From assembly GCA_964016885.1 (NCBI GenBank), contig OZ024746.1, forward strand, positions 47,678,001 through 47,742,000: DNA of 64,000 bases, given 5' to 3'. The notes under the pieces were generated by a model. It was not told the DNA's origin. It did not search any database and saw nothing but the letters and a program-made list of their open reading frames with translations. The translations under genes were made by a program, and so were the position numbers. Each line of letters begins with the position of its first letter. The first letter of the stretch is position 1. Shown here one piece after another: positions 26,099-42,376 of the stretch. Source of the DNA: Eledone cirrhosa. Its lineage: Eukaryota.

Positions 26099-27380
26099 GG
26101 GGAGAGAGAGAACCAACAACAGCAATAGCAGGTTAAGGAGGTTGTTTTCCCAAGAGTATTCCAAATAACATCACTGCATGTAGTTCTGAGGACTGTTGAA
26201 AGATTCGTTTTATCCTCAGGGCCGAACGTTGGCATTCACGGGTTTTCTATTCTAGTCACCATGAGTAGTGCGACCCCATCGTCTACCGACAATGTAGAAG
26301 GCAGGGATTGAGCAGGGGTGACAACCTGCTGACAATACAAAAGACAGAAAAAGGAACCTGTTTTTAACTGGTTGCACCAAACGCCAATACTTGTATCAGA
26401 CTTAATGTTGATTGCACGAGAAAAATTTGTTGGGTGTCCGACAAAACATTAACAAAATCAGTATAGTGAGTTCAAATTCCATCAGAGTTGACTTTGATTT
26501 CCATTCATTCTGGGTTGATAAAATAAGTATTAGCACTACTAGCACCAATTATGTATTCAGCTCGATATGATTATCTATACTCTCGCCTAATATATAATAT
26601 TATAGATGCTACACCTATTACAGAAATCGATAATTATTTAGTTCTCTTTATGTTCTGAGTTCAAATACTAAAAGGTTTTACTTATTTTTTGCATCTTCTT
26701 GAGATTGATGAAAATACCCACGAGGAACGATTTACCATCACTATCATCACTAACACCCACCATGGCCTTGTACTTATTAAAAACAAAAACTTTTAGTAAG
26801 GCTGTACCCTAGCATGGCCACATTTTAATGACTTAATGACTGAAACCTGTAAAAAAATAAAAATAATATTAAAAAGCATGTATTTATTTAAAATTCGCAT
26901 ATTGAAATAGTTGAAATATCCGAACACATGCTCACGCAATTGAACTAAATATGTTCATTAAAAGAAATTATATATAAAAAAATCCACTTAGTTACTGAAG
27001 GAAATAGAAATAAAGAGAAAGTGGTAAAGAAACATAACTGACAAGTGACTGAAAAATAAAAGCGTAAATAATTTCGGTATTTTGTTTTTGTTGTTGTTGG
27101 TATTTTATCTTCTGCATTTTAGAAGTTTGAAATTCTTAGGCAAGTAGAGTGAACACGTTAGCAATTGTAAACTTCCGGTTAAATCGAAAATGGGTAAATA
27201 AGAAACGCCATATGTTTAATAAAATACCAAGTGATACGATCTGATATGATTTAAATGAAATCATATAAATAAGAAGTTAATAAGAAGAAAGTAAAGAGAG
27301 AGAGAATAAAAGAAAAGAAAAAGAGAGAAAAAAGGAAAAGAAAGAAATTTAAGTAGACGAATTCTCCATAGCATATATAT

Positions 27381-27438
<58 letters not shown>

Positions 27439-27542
27439 AATTCCACAAAATTAGCAAATGGTTGTGAAATTAACTCTATACCGAAACTGGCCTTTGGAAT
27501 GAGTGCTCTCCCAACTTTGGATAGGAACCTTCTGATCTTTCA

Positions 27543-27585
<43 letters not shown>

Positions 27586-27721
27586 ATACTTGGGGAGGGT
27601 CATATTTGTGTAATATTGCCAGAATTAATAACAGAACACACTCACTGTTTGGTTGGTTTTCGCTTCTCGCATCTGTGTCTTTTATATCGGTAATCTCTCT
27701 CTATATATATATGTATATATA

Positions 27722-28535
27722 TTGTTATACTTTGGGAGGGTCATGTTGCCAATAAGAAACACACGCACCAGTTGCTTTCACTTCAATTTATTATATATTT
27801 ATAAATTTACAAATTTATAAATTTATAAATTTCTGGTTGGTTGGTTGGTTCAAGATAATAAAGAATCATCTGTACTCTACCAACATGCTAAGATAGAACA
27901 CAAGGGTAAATTAGAGAACATAGAAATAAAAATAGAATCTACACGCAGAAAAGATGCAATGTTTAGACAAATTACAGAGGCAATAAACATAAAAGAATTA
28001 CAACCAAAATTAAATAGAAAATATGAGTGGAACAGCAACATCACAACTTACAATTAAGGACAAAATGAAAACACACACACACATAGAACAAACAACCAAC
28101 CAATAACATGTAAATAAATAAATAAATAAACAAATAGATAAATGAACATAAACACACACAGACACCCGGATGTGGCGCATGCGCAAACTGAGCACACAAC
28201 ACACACACAGAAACAAAATGGCGTAGGACAGAACAAAGGAGAGGCACGGAGACAAAGAAAAGAATCCCCAGTCACTGAAGAGGTCACAGAGTGTGTGACG
28301 AAAGGACTATGACTATATATAAACAACTATCTGGTTGTGGAACCAACCAACCTACCAGAAATTTATAAATTTATAAATTTGTAAATTTATAAATATATAA
28401 TAAATTGAAGTGAAAGCAACTGGTGTGTGTGTTTCTTATTGGCAACATGACCCTCCCAAAGTATAACAATATCGGTTTCAACACACGATTTCAGATAAAG
28501 AATCTTGCTAAACAAATTCAGAAACGAATTATGTA
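27722..28535 (+). mobile_element. 5'-truncated PLE with inverted pLTR arm
   Basis: 27722-27851 is the inverse of 28340-28470; GIY-YIG tail ORF 27845-28057 (SVLYQH..RQITEAINIK..PKLNRKYEW). Confidence 0.85.
28270..28314 (+). ncRNA. Minimal type I HHR, family G
   Basis: agtca-CTGAAGA-g-gtcaca gagtg tgtgac-GAAA-g ga c-TA-tgact. Confidence 0.85.
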
Positions 28536-28596
28536 TATATATATATAGATGAAATAAATATGGTTTTATAAATATAGTTTCCATTTATTTAATATC

Positions 28597-28815
<219 letters not shown>

Positions 28816-28834
28816 CATATATATATATATATAT

Positions 28835-28907
<73 letters not shown>

Positions 28908-28909
28908 CA

Positions 28910-29038
<129 letters not shown>

Positions 29039-29059
29039 ATATATATATATATATATATA

Positions 29060-29299
<240 letters not shown>

Positions 29300-29308
29300 C
29301 ATATATAC

Positions 29309-29441
<133 letters not shown>

Positions 29442-29449
29442 TATACATA

Positions 29450-29497
<48 letters not shown>

Positions 29498-29511
29498 TAT
29501 ACATATATATG

Positions 29512-29561
<50 letters not shown>

Positions 29562-29630
29562 CATATATGTATATATATATATATATATATATACATATAT
29601 ATATACATATATATGTATATATATATATAC

Positions 29631-29676
<46 letters not shown>

Positions 29677-29678
29677 AC

Positions 29679-29715
<37 letters not shown>

Positions 29716-29745
29716 TATGTACATATATATATATATATATATATA

Positions 29746-29793
<48 letters not shown>

Positions 29794-29837
29794 TATATAT
29801 ATATATGTACATATATATGTATATATATATATATATA

Positions 29838-29943
<106 letters not shown>

Positions 29944-30105
29944 TATATATATATATATATATATATGTACATATATATATATATATATATATATGTACAT
30001 ATATATATATATATATGTATATGTACATATATATATATATATATATATATGTACATATATATATATATATATGTATATGTACATATATATATATATATAT
30101 ATATA

Positions 30106-30143
<38 letters not shown>

Positions 30144-30157
30144 TATATATATATATA

Positions 30158-30246
<89 letters not shown>

Positions 30247-30262
30247 TAAAATAACAGATTAA

Positions 30263-30313
30263 AGTTTAAGCAAAGAATCGCTGCTTTCACCCTTAACGGG
30301 ATCTTCTGAAACT
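30263..30313 (-). ncRNA. HHR-like motif with a CAGAAGA core
   Basis: agttt-CAGAAGA-t ccc gttaa ggg t-GAAA-gca..tgc-TT-aaact; all three stems pair. Related copy at 46275-46325(+). Confidence 0.65.
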
Positions 30314-31144
30314 AACAAAGTCAATCTGTAAACGCAGAACTGGATGTTTCAAAAAACGTTGCAACCGGAGGAAGACAGGAAAACGATACTTTGGTTTGTG
30401 GTAACGTTCGCTGGCAAAGAACGGGAAAAAACGAATAATACGTCATTAATAGGAGCAGTGAAAAACAATTACGCGCAAAGACAGAACCACGTTTATGGTA
30501 TAAAAGAGGTCGTAGACTAATGTTCTCTTAGGTGGTTCATAGAGACGTTCTCTGGCAATGAACGAAAAAAACGAAGATAATACGTCATATGTGGAGCGTG
30601 GAGAACAATAGCACGCAAAGACAAAACCACGTAAATGGTATAGCAGAAGTCGTAGACTAAAATTCTAACTAGGAGACCGAATGAATCTCCGCTACAGAGT
30701 TAAGAACAAAGCAAATAAATACATAAGTAATATAAATAAATAAATACACACACGCAAACAAATACGTACATACACAAGCATACGCAAAACACTTACCATA
30801 GGTATACAAAACCACACACATATAGATATAGATATGTGTGTGTGTGTATGCGTGTATACAAATAAATAAATAAATAATATATAAACGTATATAAATAAAT
30901 ACGTATATAACAAGCGCACACACATACCTACATGTAAATACACGAATGTTCGGAGACGAAAGTCAACCAAAACATGAAGTACACATATACACACACCCTA
31001 CATACATACGAACCTGCATACTCACACAGACGCAAAACTCCCGTATACACATAGCCAAACCATATGTACCAGAATAAAAAAAATCATAGCATATATATAT
31101 ATATCAGTGAAAGATCAGAAGGTTGATATCCAAAGTTGGTAGAA

Positions 31145-31208
31145 CCTCGGAGAAATGGAAAAAGATGAGTATTGACGTCAATACTCATCTTTTTCCATTT
31201 CTCCGAGG
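31145..31208. repeat. 64-bp perfect palindrome
   Basis: cctcggagaaatggaaaaagatgagtattgac|gtcaatactcatctttttccatttctccgagg. The adjacent 31105-31142 matches 27505-27545 in reverse. Confidence 0.9.
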
Positions 31209-31444
31209 GTTCTTAACCCCACTATCAGGCTAAATACTTTCTTTAATTTCTTTAGTCAAAATACGGCGATAACTTACATTTCTAATAATTTCAAACCCAC
31301 TCGCAGAAAAGTAAAAACAGAAATAAAGCAAACGACACAGTACAATGTATATATAAACAGTTCTAGTCCTGTACTTTTTAAAAACTATGTTCACTTTCCG
31401 ATACCCACTGGGAATCCTCCCATAATTATATATATATATAATAT

Positions 31445-31498
31445 AGAAATGGCTTCTACTGTTTCATTAGGAAGAAATCATCAGGAAAGTTCGGGATA

Positions 31499-31562
<64 letters not shown>

Positions 31563-31683
31563 TATCCCTGATGATTTCTAAAGAATGAAACAGTTCTAGT
31601 CCTGTAGAAACACATCTCTCTCTCTCTCTATATATATATGTTTCATTCGGAGGAAATCATCAGAAAAGCTCGGGATAAACATA
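31445..31683. ncRNA. Cluster of three family A HHR copies in alternating orientation
   Basis: 31445-31500(-, stem III deleted), 31565-31612(+, full core CTGATGA..GAAAcag..ctgTA), 31640-31683(-, truncated). Confidence 0.75.
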
Positions 31684-31702
31684 TATATATATACATATAT
31701 AT

Positions 31703-32630
31703 AATGGTTGGACAATACATGTGTCCCTAAGCGCTTTGTGCGTGTAGGGATATATACTTTATTATTATTCTCTTGGTCGAGAAAAAAAAAAAAAAATTTG
31801 GTCGTTCTGACTGCTGCTAGTTATAGTGGTAGTAGACTGACCTCCCTGCCTATGCTTCTATCTTTACACACAGCACTTGACGGAATTGCTTCCACATCAT
31901 TTATTCTCATCTCGGGAACAATTTTGAATAGCGCCAGTTCGTAATTTGAACTCGGGAATTTTATATTCTCCGAGTGAAAAGATCCTTCTGATGAGAGTTT
32001 ATCTTTGCAATGGATGCCGTAAGGACTGTCCATTTATTTTTGAGACTCGAAACCGATTCGGTAACGGTAACCATAGTGAGTATAGTTAATTTTAAAAAAT
32101 TTATTTTGAAACTTTTTCTTATTTGCTAAACCTTGATTATATATGTTCTGGCTCGTTAATTTATTAACCTGCCATTGAAACACATTGGCATATGGTTGGA
32201 TAATACATGTGTCCCTAAGCGCTTTGTGCGTGTAGGGATATATACTTTATTATTATTCTCTTGGTCGAGAAAAAAAAAAAAAAATTTGGTCGTTCTGACT
32301 GCTGCTAGTTATAATGGTAGTAGACTGACCTCCCTGCCCATGCTTTTATCTTTACACACGGCACTTGACGGAATTGCTTCTACATCATTTATTCTCATCT
32401 CGGGAACAATTTTGAATAGCGCCAGTTCGTAATTTGAACTCGGGAATTTTATATTCTCCGAGTGAAAAGATCCTTCTGACGAGAGTTTATCTTTGCAATG
32501 GATGCCGTAAGGACTGTCCATTTATTTTTGAGACTCGAAACCGATTGGGTAAAGGTAACCATAGTGAGTAAAGTTAATTTTTAAAAATTTATTTTGAAAC
32601 TTTTTCTTATTTGCTAAACCTTGATTATAT
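31703..32630 (+). mobile_element. Tandem dimer of a 488-bp non-coding HHR monomer (retrozyme-like)
   Basis: Period 488; HHRs at 31984-32068 (CTGATGA) and 32472-32556 (CTGACGA), stem II gagttt/agactc, GUA triplet. Confidence 0.9.
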
Positions 32631-32651
32631 ATATATATATGTTTATCCCGA

Positions 32652-32702
32652 GCTTTCCTGATGATTTCCTCCGAATGAAACAATTTTAGTCCTGTAAAAG
32701 CC
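32652..32702 (+). ncRNA. Family A HHR, slightly decayed
   Basis: gctttc-CTGATGA-tttcctccgaat-GAAA-caattttagtcctg-TA-aaagc. Confidence 0.7.
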
Positions 32703-32708
32703 ATTTCC

Positions 32709-32745
<37 letters not shown>

Positions 32746-32910
32746 TCTCCGTATATATATATATATATATATACGGAGAAAGAGCGAGAGAGACATAAAT
32801 GTAGATATGGATATAGATATATATTTATATCTGTATGTATGTATGTATGTATGTATGTATGTATGTATGTATGTATGTATGTATGTATGTATGTATGTAT
32901 GTATGTAGGT

Positions 32911-33474
32911 CCTGTCTCATGGTCGGGTCGTTGGCGACTAAACTGGCAGCCCCACCAAGGTTTCTTGGTGAGGAGGGTGACTTTGGACATCCTGCAGGAC
33001 TAAAAACAAAACCTGTCAAAGGACAAAGGAGCTCTTAAGAGTCAATGGCCATCCAAAATCACCGGGAGAGATGACCCCTTAGCCTTTGTCAAGGCAGAAT
33101 TCTAGGAGAAGGAAAACGCTGATATAACACCTGTAACCCTGATGGTATCCAATGATGTTGATTTGTTCTTCTTTTTGGTAAATATCATCTTGGTTAAGAG
33201 AGTGGGACTGGCTTTGTGCAGTGCCTTTGCTCACTATAAAAGCTTCACGGCACAGGCATTGCTTTATATCTGGAGATCTCTCTGCACTTGTCATCACATG
33301 GTACCATGGGACCAGCACTATATGTCAATAATTGTCACAAGTGTAGTGTTTGTACCAGAGTTTTCAAGTCGCTGGCTGGACTAAAAAGTCACGCTCGTTC
33401 AGCGCATCGGTAGGGGTTCTCCTACATGGATATAAAGTAGTGGCCGTACTCGAAAACGAGTTGGCAGCCACCAT
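32911..33474 (+). mobile_element. RTE-derived element copy
   Basis: Aligns with 16897-17444; (TATG)n on both sides. Confidence 0.85.
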
Positions 33475-33598
33475 GTATGTATGTATGTATGTATGTATGT
33501 ATGTATGTATGTATGTATGTATGTATGTATGTGTATATATGTATGTATATACATATATATATATATATATAGAGATATATATGTGTATGTGTACATAT

Positions 33599-33658
<60 letters not shown>

Positions 33659-33721
33659 GATTATAGCGAATATTTTCTATAACCCAGCTTTGATTACATA
33701 TATATATATATACATATATAT

Positions 33722-34316
33722 ATGGTGGCTGCCAACTCGTTTTCGAGTACGGCCACTACTTTATATCCATGTAGGAGAACCCCTACCGATGCGCTGAACG
33801 AGTGTGATTTTTAGTCCAGCCAGCGACTGAAAACTCTGGTACAAACACTACACTTGTGACAATTACTGACACATATTGCTGGGCCCATGGTACCATGTGA
33901 CGACAAGTGCAGAGAGATCTCCAGATATAAAGCAATGCCTGTGCTGTGAAGCTTTTATAGTGAGCAAAGGCACTGCACAAAGCCAGCCCCACTCTCTTAA
34001 CCAAGATGATATTTACCAAAAAGAAGAACAAGTCAACATCATTGGATAGCATTAGGGTTGCAGGTGTTATATCAGAGTTTTCCTTCTCCTAGAATTCTGC
34101 CTTGACAAAGGCTAAGGGGTCATCTCTCCCGGTGATTTTTGATGGCCATTGACTCTTAAGAGCTCCTTTGCCCTTTGACAGGTTTTGTTTTTAGTCCTGC
34201 AGGATGTCCAAAGTCACCCTCCTCACCAAGAAACCTTGGTGGGGTTGCCAGTTTAGTAGCCAACGACCCGACCATGAGACAGGTTGTACTGGGATACATG
34301 TTACCAGTGACCTGAC
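33722..34316 (-). mobile_element. RTE-derived element copy, inverted
   Basis: Reverse complement of the 16851 family, adjoining (CATA)n. Confidence 0.85.
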
Positions 34317-34373
34317 ATACATACATACATACATACATACATACATACATACATACATACATACATACATACA

Positions 34374-34392
<19 letters not shown>

Positions 34393-34409
<17 letters not shown>

Positions 34410-34748
34410 TATATGGAAAGTTATATTTAAATTGTTGGGTTACAACTAGTAAATATTTATAACTGATATAAAAGCACTCGACAAGTATTTGGAGTATATT
34501 TACGATATTAAATAAATGGAAACTATATTTATAAAACCATATTTATTTCATTATATATATTTCAGGGATATCATATTAACAATATGCTATGCCTTCCTCA
34601 GACAAAATACAATATAGACAGTTTTATAGATAAATTGTATTTTATTTTGTCTGAGGAAGGCATAGCATATTGTTAATATGATATCCCTGAAATATATATA
34701 ATGAAATAAATATGGTTTTATAAATATAGTTTCCATTTATTTAATATC

Positions 34749-34751
<3 letters not shown>
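34393..34751. mobile_element. Fold-back HHR element, family I, with an HHR on each strand
   Basis: Arms 34501-34609 / 34643-34751; ttattttgt-CTGAGGA-agg..catatt gtt aatatg..cct-GAAA-tatata-TA-atgaaataa. Confidence 0.8.
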
Positions 34752-34807
<56 letters not shown>

Positions 34808-35126
34808 CAAATACACACACACAAACACAAACACACATATACGCACACACACATATACATACATACACTGCACAGCTGGAAGTTAAGGAACATATGTATA
34901 TATATCTACATATCTACGGATCCTTACCTAACAAGTGCTATATAAATAGATTTGCATTGCGCCCAGTCTATCTGTCTATCTCTCTAATCCCATTCGTAAT
35001 GGAAACTACACAAAGTGAATACAAACATTGACAATGCGTTAGATGACCGTAAACGATAGTATTATAAATGTTTTTGCTATTATTACTATTATTATTGTTA
35101 TTAATTTTATTATTATTATTATAAAG

Positions 35127-35173
<47 letters not shown>

Positions 35174-35360
35174 GGGATGCCAACAAAAGGTTTTCAAAGT
35201 AGGGTAAACAAATAGCTAAACAAATAGATAAATATATGACCAGGTAATGAAATAATTAGACGGTCACTAACAGAGGCTCACGTACTATCTCATTATCGTA
35301 CTGCCCCACATTCTCAATGTAGTAGGCAGGCAGGCAATATACATACGTAAATACATATAT

Positions 35361-35444
<84 letters not shown>

Positions 35445-35454
35445 GTACATTCAT

Positions 35455-35507
<53 letters not shown>

Positions 35508-35620
35508 CATACACACACACATACATATATACATATATTCATACATACATACACACACACACACACCTATATATATATACATACATACATACACACACAC
35601 ACATATATATATATGCATAC

Positions 35621-35699
<79 letters not shown>

Positions 35700-37084
35700 T
35701 GAACACATATATTATATATAACACCACATATATAGATTTATATGTTTACAGACATATGTATGTCTGTATGTATGAATATATATATATGTATATATACATA
35801 TATATATATACATATATATATATACATACACATACAGACACCCACACCCACACACATACACACATATGAACTCGTCCAAGGTCATGTGACTTTTATACGA
35901 CATAGATAATGCCCCTAGGAATTTAATTCCATATTAAGCACTTTTCGAGGTATTCACAACCTCGATAAACAATATAGTTCGGTTAGATATAAGCCTATTT
36001 ATTTCGGTCAATTTGTCTGTCCAGGTCTTCTGTATCGAACCCCATGTAACCGACTGCTATATGTACACACGTCACAAAGGATAATGTATTTTTAACATCG
36101 GCAGAAGAAGTGAATGGTTGTCAAAAATAAATGGTTGTCATGGAAGAGAACAATGAGGTAATAGTACATATATTTTTTTTTATATGCTAAGGGAATTAAT
36201 ATTTCAGTTTAAATTCTTAATGCACAAACAAATACACGCACACACATATATACACACACACGCATAGTAATACTCTCACACACGCACACAAACTTACACA
36301 CTCATAGACACACATGTATATATATATATATGAATACACATATGATAATTAGCCATGTGCTTTTATTTGCTGCCACGCTAACGCGATAGACTGACAAATG
36401 AATTATATTGAGTGAACGAGCGTGAAGAGAAGTAAATTGAAATCGACTTGAAGTATGAAGTGTTTATCACACTTCCTGGAGAGGCAAACAAGAAAAAATA
36501 AAGAATGAGAATAAGGAAATTATAAATAGAGTGGCACAGAGTAAGAGGTGCAGTAGCGGTTGGACAGCAGGTATTACTTGAATACACATGACATAATATC
36601 TGCTGGTCACAAGAGCAGGCATTTAATCTTCGATTTAACTATTTTCACATGAGTTTATTCTTCAGTACCTTAATCTTACTTTAAGCAAGAAGAGACATAA
36701 GAATAATCATGAAATAATATTAAATAACGATGGAATTGTCTAGAATAAAGGCAAATTATATGTCAATCTTAATAGAAAGTGCAAAGTCTCTAGGTAACAA
36801 ATTTATCTAGTGGATGTGCAATACTATGGCGTCAATTTTAACGATACGAGCACATAATGATAATAATAATTGTTTCTACTTTTGGCACAAGGCCAGCAAT
36901 TACACAGTTACTGGTACTTTATTTCATTACTGGTACTTTATTTCATCGACTCCGTAAGGAAGGATGAAAGGCAAAGTTAACCTCGCGGAATTTGAATTCA
37001 GAATGGCAAGGACCGTAACTCTATGCGTCAAAGCATGGTGTCCGACCCTCTACCGATACTGCCAGAGAGAGAGAGAGAGTCAGA

Positions 37085-37120
<36 letters not shown>

Positions 37121-37182
37121 TATATATGTATATATATATAAATATGTATATATATATATATATATATATGAATATATGTATA

Positions 37183-37336
<154 letters not shown>

Positions 37337-37374
37337 CATATATATATATATATATATGTGTATATATATATATA

Positions 37375-37516
<142 letters not shown>

Positions 37517-37517
37517 A

Positions 37518-38106
<589 letters not shown>

Positions 38107-38121
38107 TACATATATATATAC

Positions 38122-38360
<239 letters not shown>

Positions 38361-38519
38361 CATATATATGGAACAAGGTAGATGGTGTCAGTCATTACCT
38401 TTAAAATTCATACCTAAAGGCTTTGAAATGTTTATTCGCAAACATATCGTATGTTATTCGATATACATACTTTACATACATATATGTATACAGCTATGTT
38501 GGCGCGAACATCCCATCCT

Positions 38520-38603
<84 letters not shown>

Positions 38604-38614
38604 ATCTATCTATC

Positions 38615-39210
<596 letters not shown>

Positions 39211-39232
39211 TACATATATATATATATATATA

Positions 39233-39289
<57 letters not shown>

Positions 39290-39361
39290 ATATATATACA
39301 TATATATATATATAATATATATACATATATATATATATATATAATATATTTACATATATAT

Positions 39362-39423
<62 letters not shown>

Positions 39424-39612
39424 ATTATATATATATATATTATATATTATATATATATATATTATATATTATATATATATATATTATATATTATATATAT
39501 ATATATTATATATTATATATATATATATTATATATTATATATATATATTATATATATATATATATTATATATTATATATTATATATATTATATATTATAT
39601 ATATATATATAT

Positions 39613-39660
<48 letters not shown>

Positions 39661-39663
<3 letters not shown>

Positions 39664-42054
39664 AGTATGTACACGTACATACATATATGTATACCGACGT
39701 ACAGTAGTATGTATATATATATATACATACATGCACACATATATATATGCACGTATGGATTCACCGAACATTTATTATAATGCTCGGTGTGTTTGTAAAC
39801 AAACATCCCGTATTAAGCCGTAGTGTCTAGCAACCACCGTTGCTCGTTTGTTCAACACTGACAAAGGAACGCTGTACTAGTTTCAAGCTTGTTAGCTATC
39901 GTCAGCAACGTATACCTTCCTGCCAGATTGTTGAACGTATATACTTACCTTATGCATATTAACGGCTGAGTAGCCCAATATGCATATCGAGTGGGTTAAT
40001 CGGCCGGGTGCACCGAAAACGATAAACGGAAAAAATGAAACGATATTTCATTTCCCACTCTTAGTACGGCTGTTACTTAAATATAAGTATGTACACGTAC
40101 ATACATATATGTATACCGACGTACAGTAGTATGTATATATATATATACATACATGCACACATATATATATGCACGTATGGATTCACCGAACATTTATTAT
40201 AATGCTCGGTGTGTTTGTAAACAAACATCCCGTATTAAGCCGTAGTGTCTAGCAACCACCGTTGCTCGTTTGTTCAACACTGACAAAGGAACGCTGTACT
40301 AGTTTCAAGCTTGTTAGCTATCGTCAGCAACGTATACCTTCCTGCCAGATTGTTGAACGTATATACTTATCTTATGCATATTAACGGCTGAGTAGCCCAA
40401 TATGCATATCGAGTGGGTTAATCGGCCGGGTGCACCGAAAACGATAAACGGAAAAAATGAAACGATATTTCATTTCCCACTCTTAGTACGGCTGTTACTT
40501 AAATATAAGTATGTACACGTACATACATATATGTATACCGACGTACAGTAGTATGTATATATATATATACATACATGCACACATATATATATGCACGTAT
40601 GGATTCACCGAATATTTATTATAATGCTCGGTGTGTTTGTAAACAAACATCCCGTATTAAGCCGTAGTGTCTAGCAACCACCGTTGCTCGTTTGTTCAAC
40701 ACTGACAAAGGAACGCTGTACTAGTTTCAAGCTTGTTAGCTATCGTCAGCAACGTATACCTTCCTGCCAGATTGTTGAACGTATATACTTACCTTATGCA
40801 TATTAACGGCTGAGTAGCCCAATATGCATATCGAGTGGGTTAATCGGCCGTTAATATGCATAAGGTAAGTATATACGTTCAACAATCTGGCAGGAAGGTA
40901 TACGTTGCTGACGATAGCTAACAAGCTTGAAACTAGTACAGCGTTCCTTTGTCAGTGTTGAACAAACGAGCAACGGTGGTTGCTAGACACTACGGCTTAA
41001 TACGGGATGTTTGTTTACAAACACACCGAGCATTATAATAAATGTTCGGTGAATCCATACGTGCATATATATATGTGTGCATGTATGTATATATATATAT
41101 ACATACTACTGTACGTCGGTATACATATATGTATGTACGTGTACATACTTATATTTAAGTAACAGCCGTACTAAGAGTGGGAAATGAAATATCGTTTCAT
41201 TTTTTCCGTTTATCGTTTTCGGTGCACCCGGCCGATTAACCCACTCGATATGCATATTGGGCTACTCAGCCGTTAATATGCATAAGGTAAGTATATACGT
41301 TCAACAATCTGGCAGGAAGGTATACGTTGCTGACGATAGCTAACAAGCTTGAAACTAGTACAGCGTTCCTTTGTCAGTGTTGAACAAACGAGCAACGGTG
41401 GTTGCTAGACACTACGGCTTAATACGGGATGTTTGTTTACAAACACACCGAGCATTATAATAAATGTTCGGTGAATCCATACGTGCATATATATATGTGT
41501 GCATGTATGTATATATATATATACATACTACTGTACGTCGGTATACATATATGTATGTACGTGTACATACTTATATTTAAGTAACAGCCGTACTAAGAGT
41601 GGGAAATGAAATATCGTTTCATTTTTTCCGTTTATCGTTTTCGGTGCACCCGGCCGATTAACCCACTCGATATGCATATTGGGCTACTCAGCCGTTAATA
41701 TGCATAAGGTAAGTATATACGTTCAACAATCTGGCAGGAAGGTATACGTTGCTGACGATAGCTAACAAGCTTGAAACTAGTACAGCGTTCCTTTGTCAGT
41801 GTTGAACAAACGAGCAACGGTGGTTGCTAGACACTACGGCTTAATACGGGATGTTTGTTTACAAACACACCGAGCATTATAATAAATGTTCGGTGAATCC
41901 ATACGTGCATATATATATGTGTGCATGTATGTATATATATATATACATACTACTGTACGTCGGTATACATATATGTATGTACGTGTACATACTTATATTT
42001 AAGTAACAGCCGTACTAAGAGTGGGAAATGAAATATCGTTTCATTTTTTCCGTT

Positions 42055-42056
<2 letters not shown>
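39661..42056. mobile_element. Head-to-head array of a 422-bp HHR monomer (about 3 copies per strand)
   Basis: Period 422; HHRs at 39870, 40292, 40714 (-) and 40903, 41325, 41747 (+): cgttg-CTGACGA-t agct aaca agct t-GAAA-ctag-TA-cagcg. Confidence 0.92.
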
Positions 42057-42087
<31 letters not shown>

Positions 42088-42112
42088 TATATATTATATA
42101 TATTATTATATA

Positions 42113-42236
<124 letters not shown>

Positions 42237-42255
42237 ATATATAATATATATATAT

Positions 42256-42376
<121 letters not shown>

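Noticed and set aside
39661-42056. Regular repeat array that might suggest CRISPR or satellite DNA
   Set aside because: Whole 422-bp units repeat with no unique spacers, there are no cas genes, and the context is eukaryotic. Dispersed single copies argue against a simple satellite.
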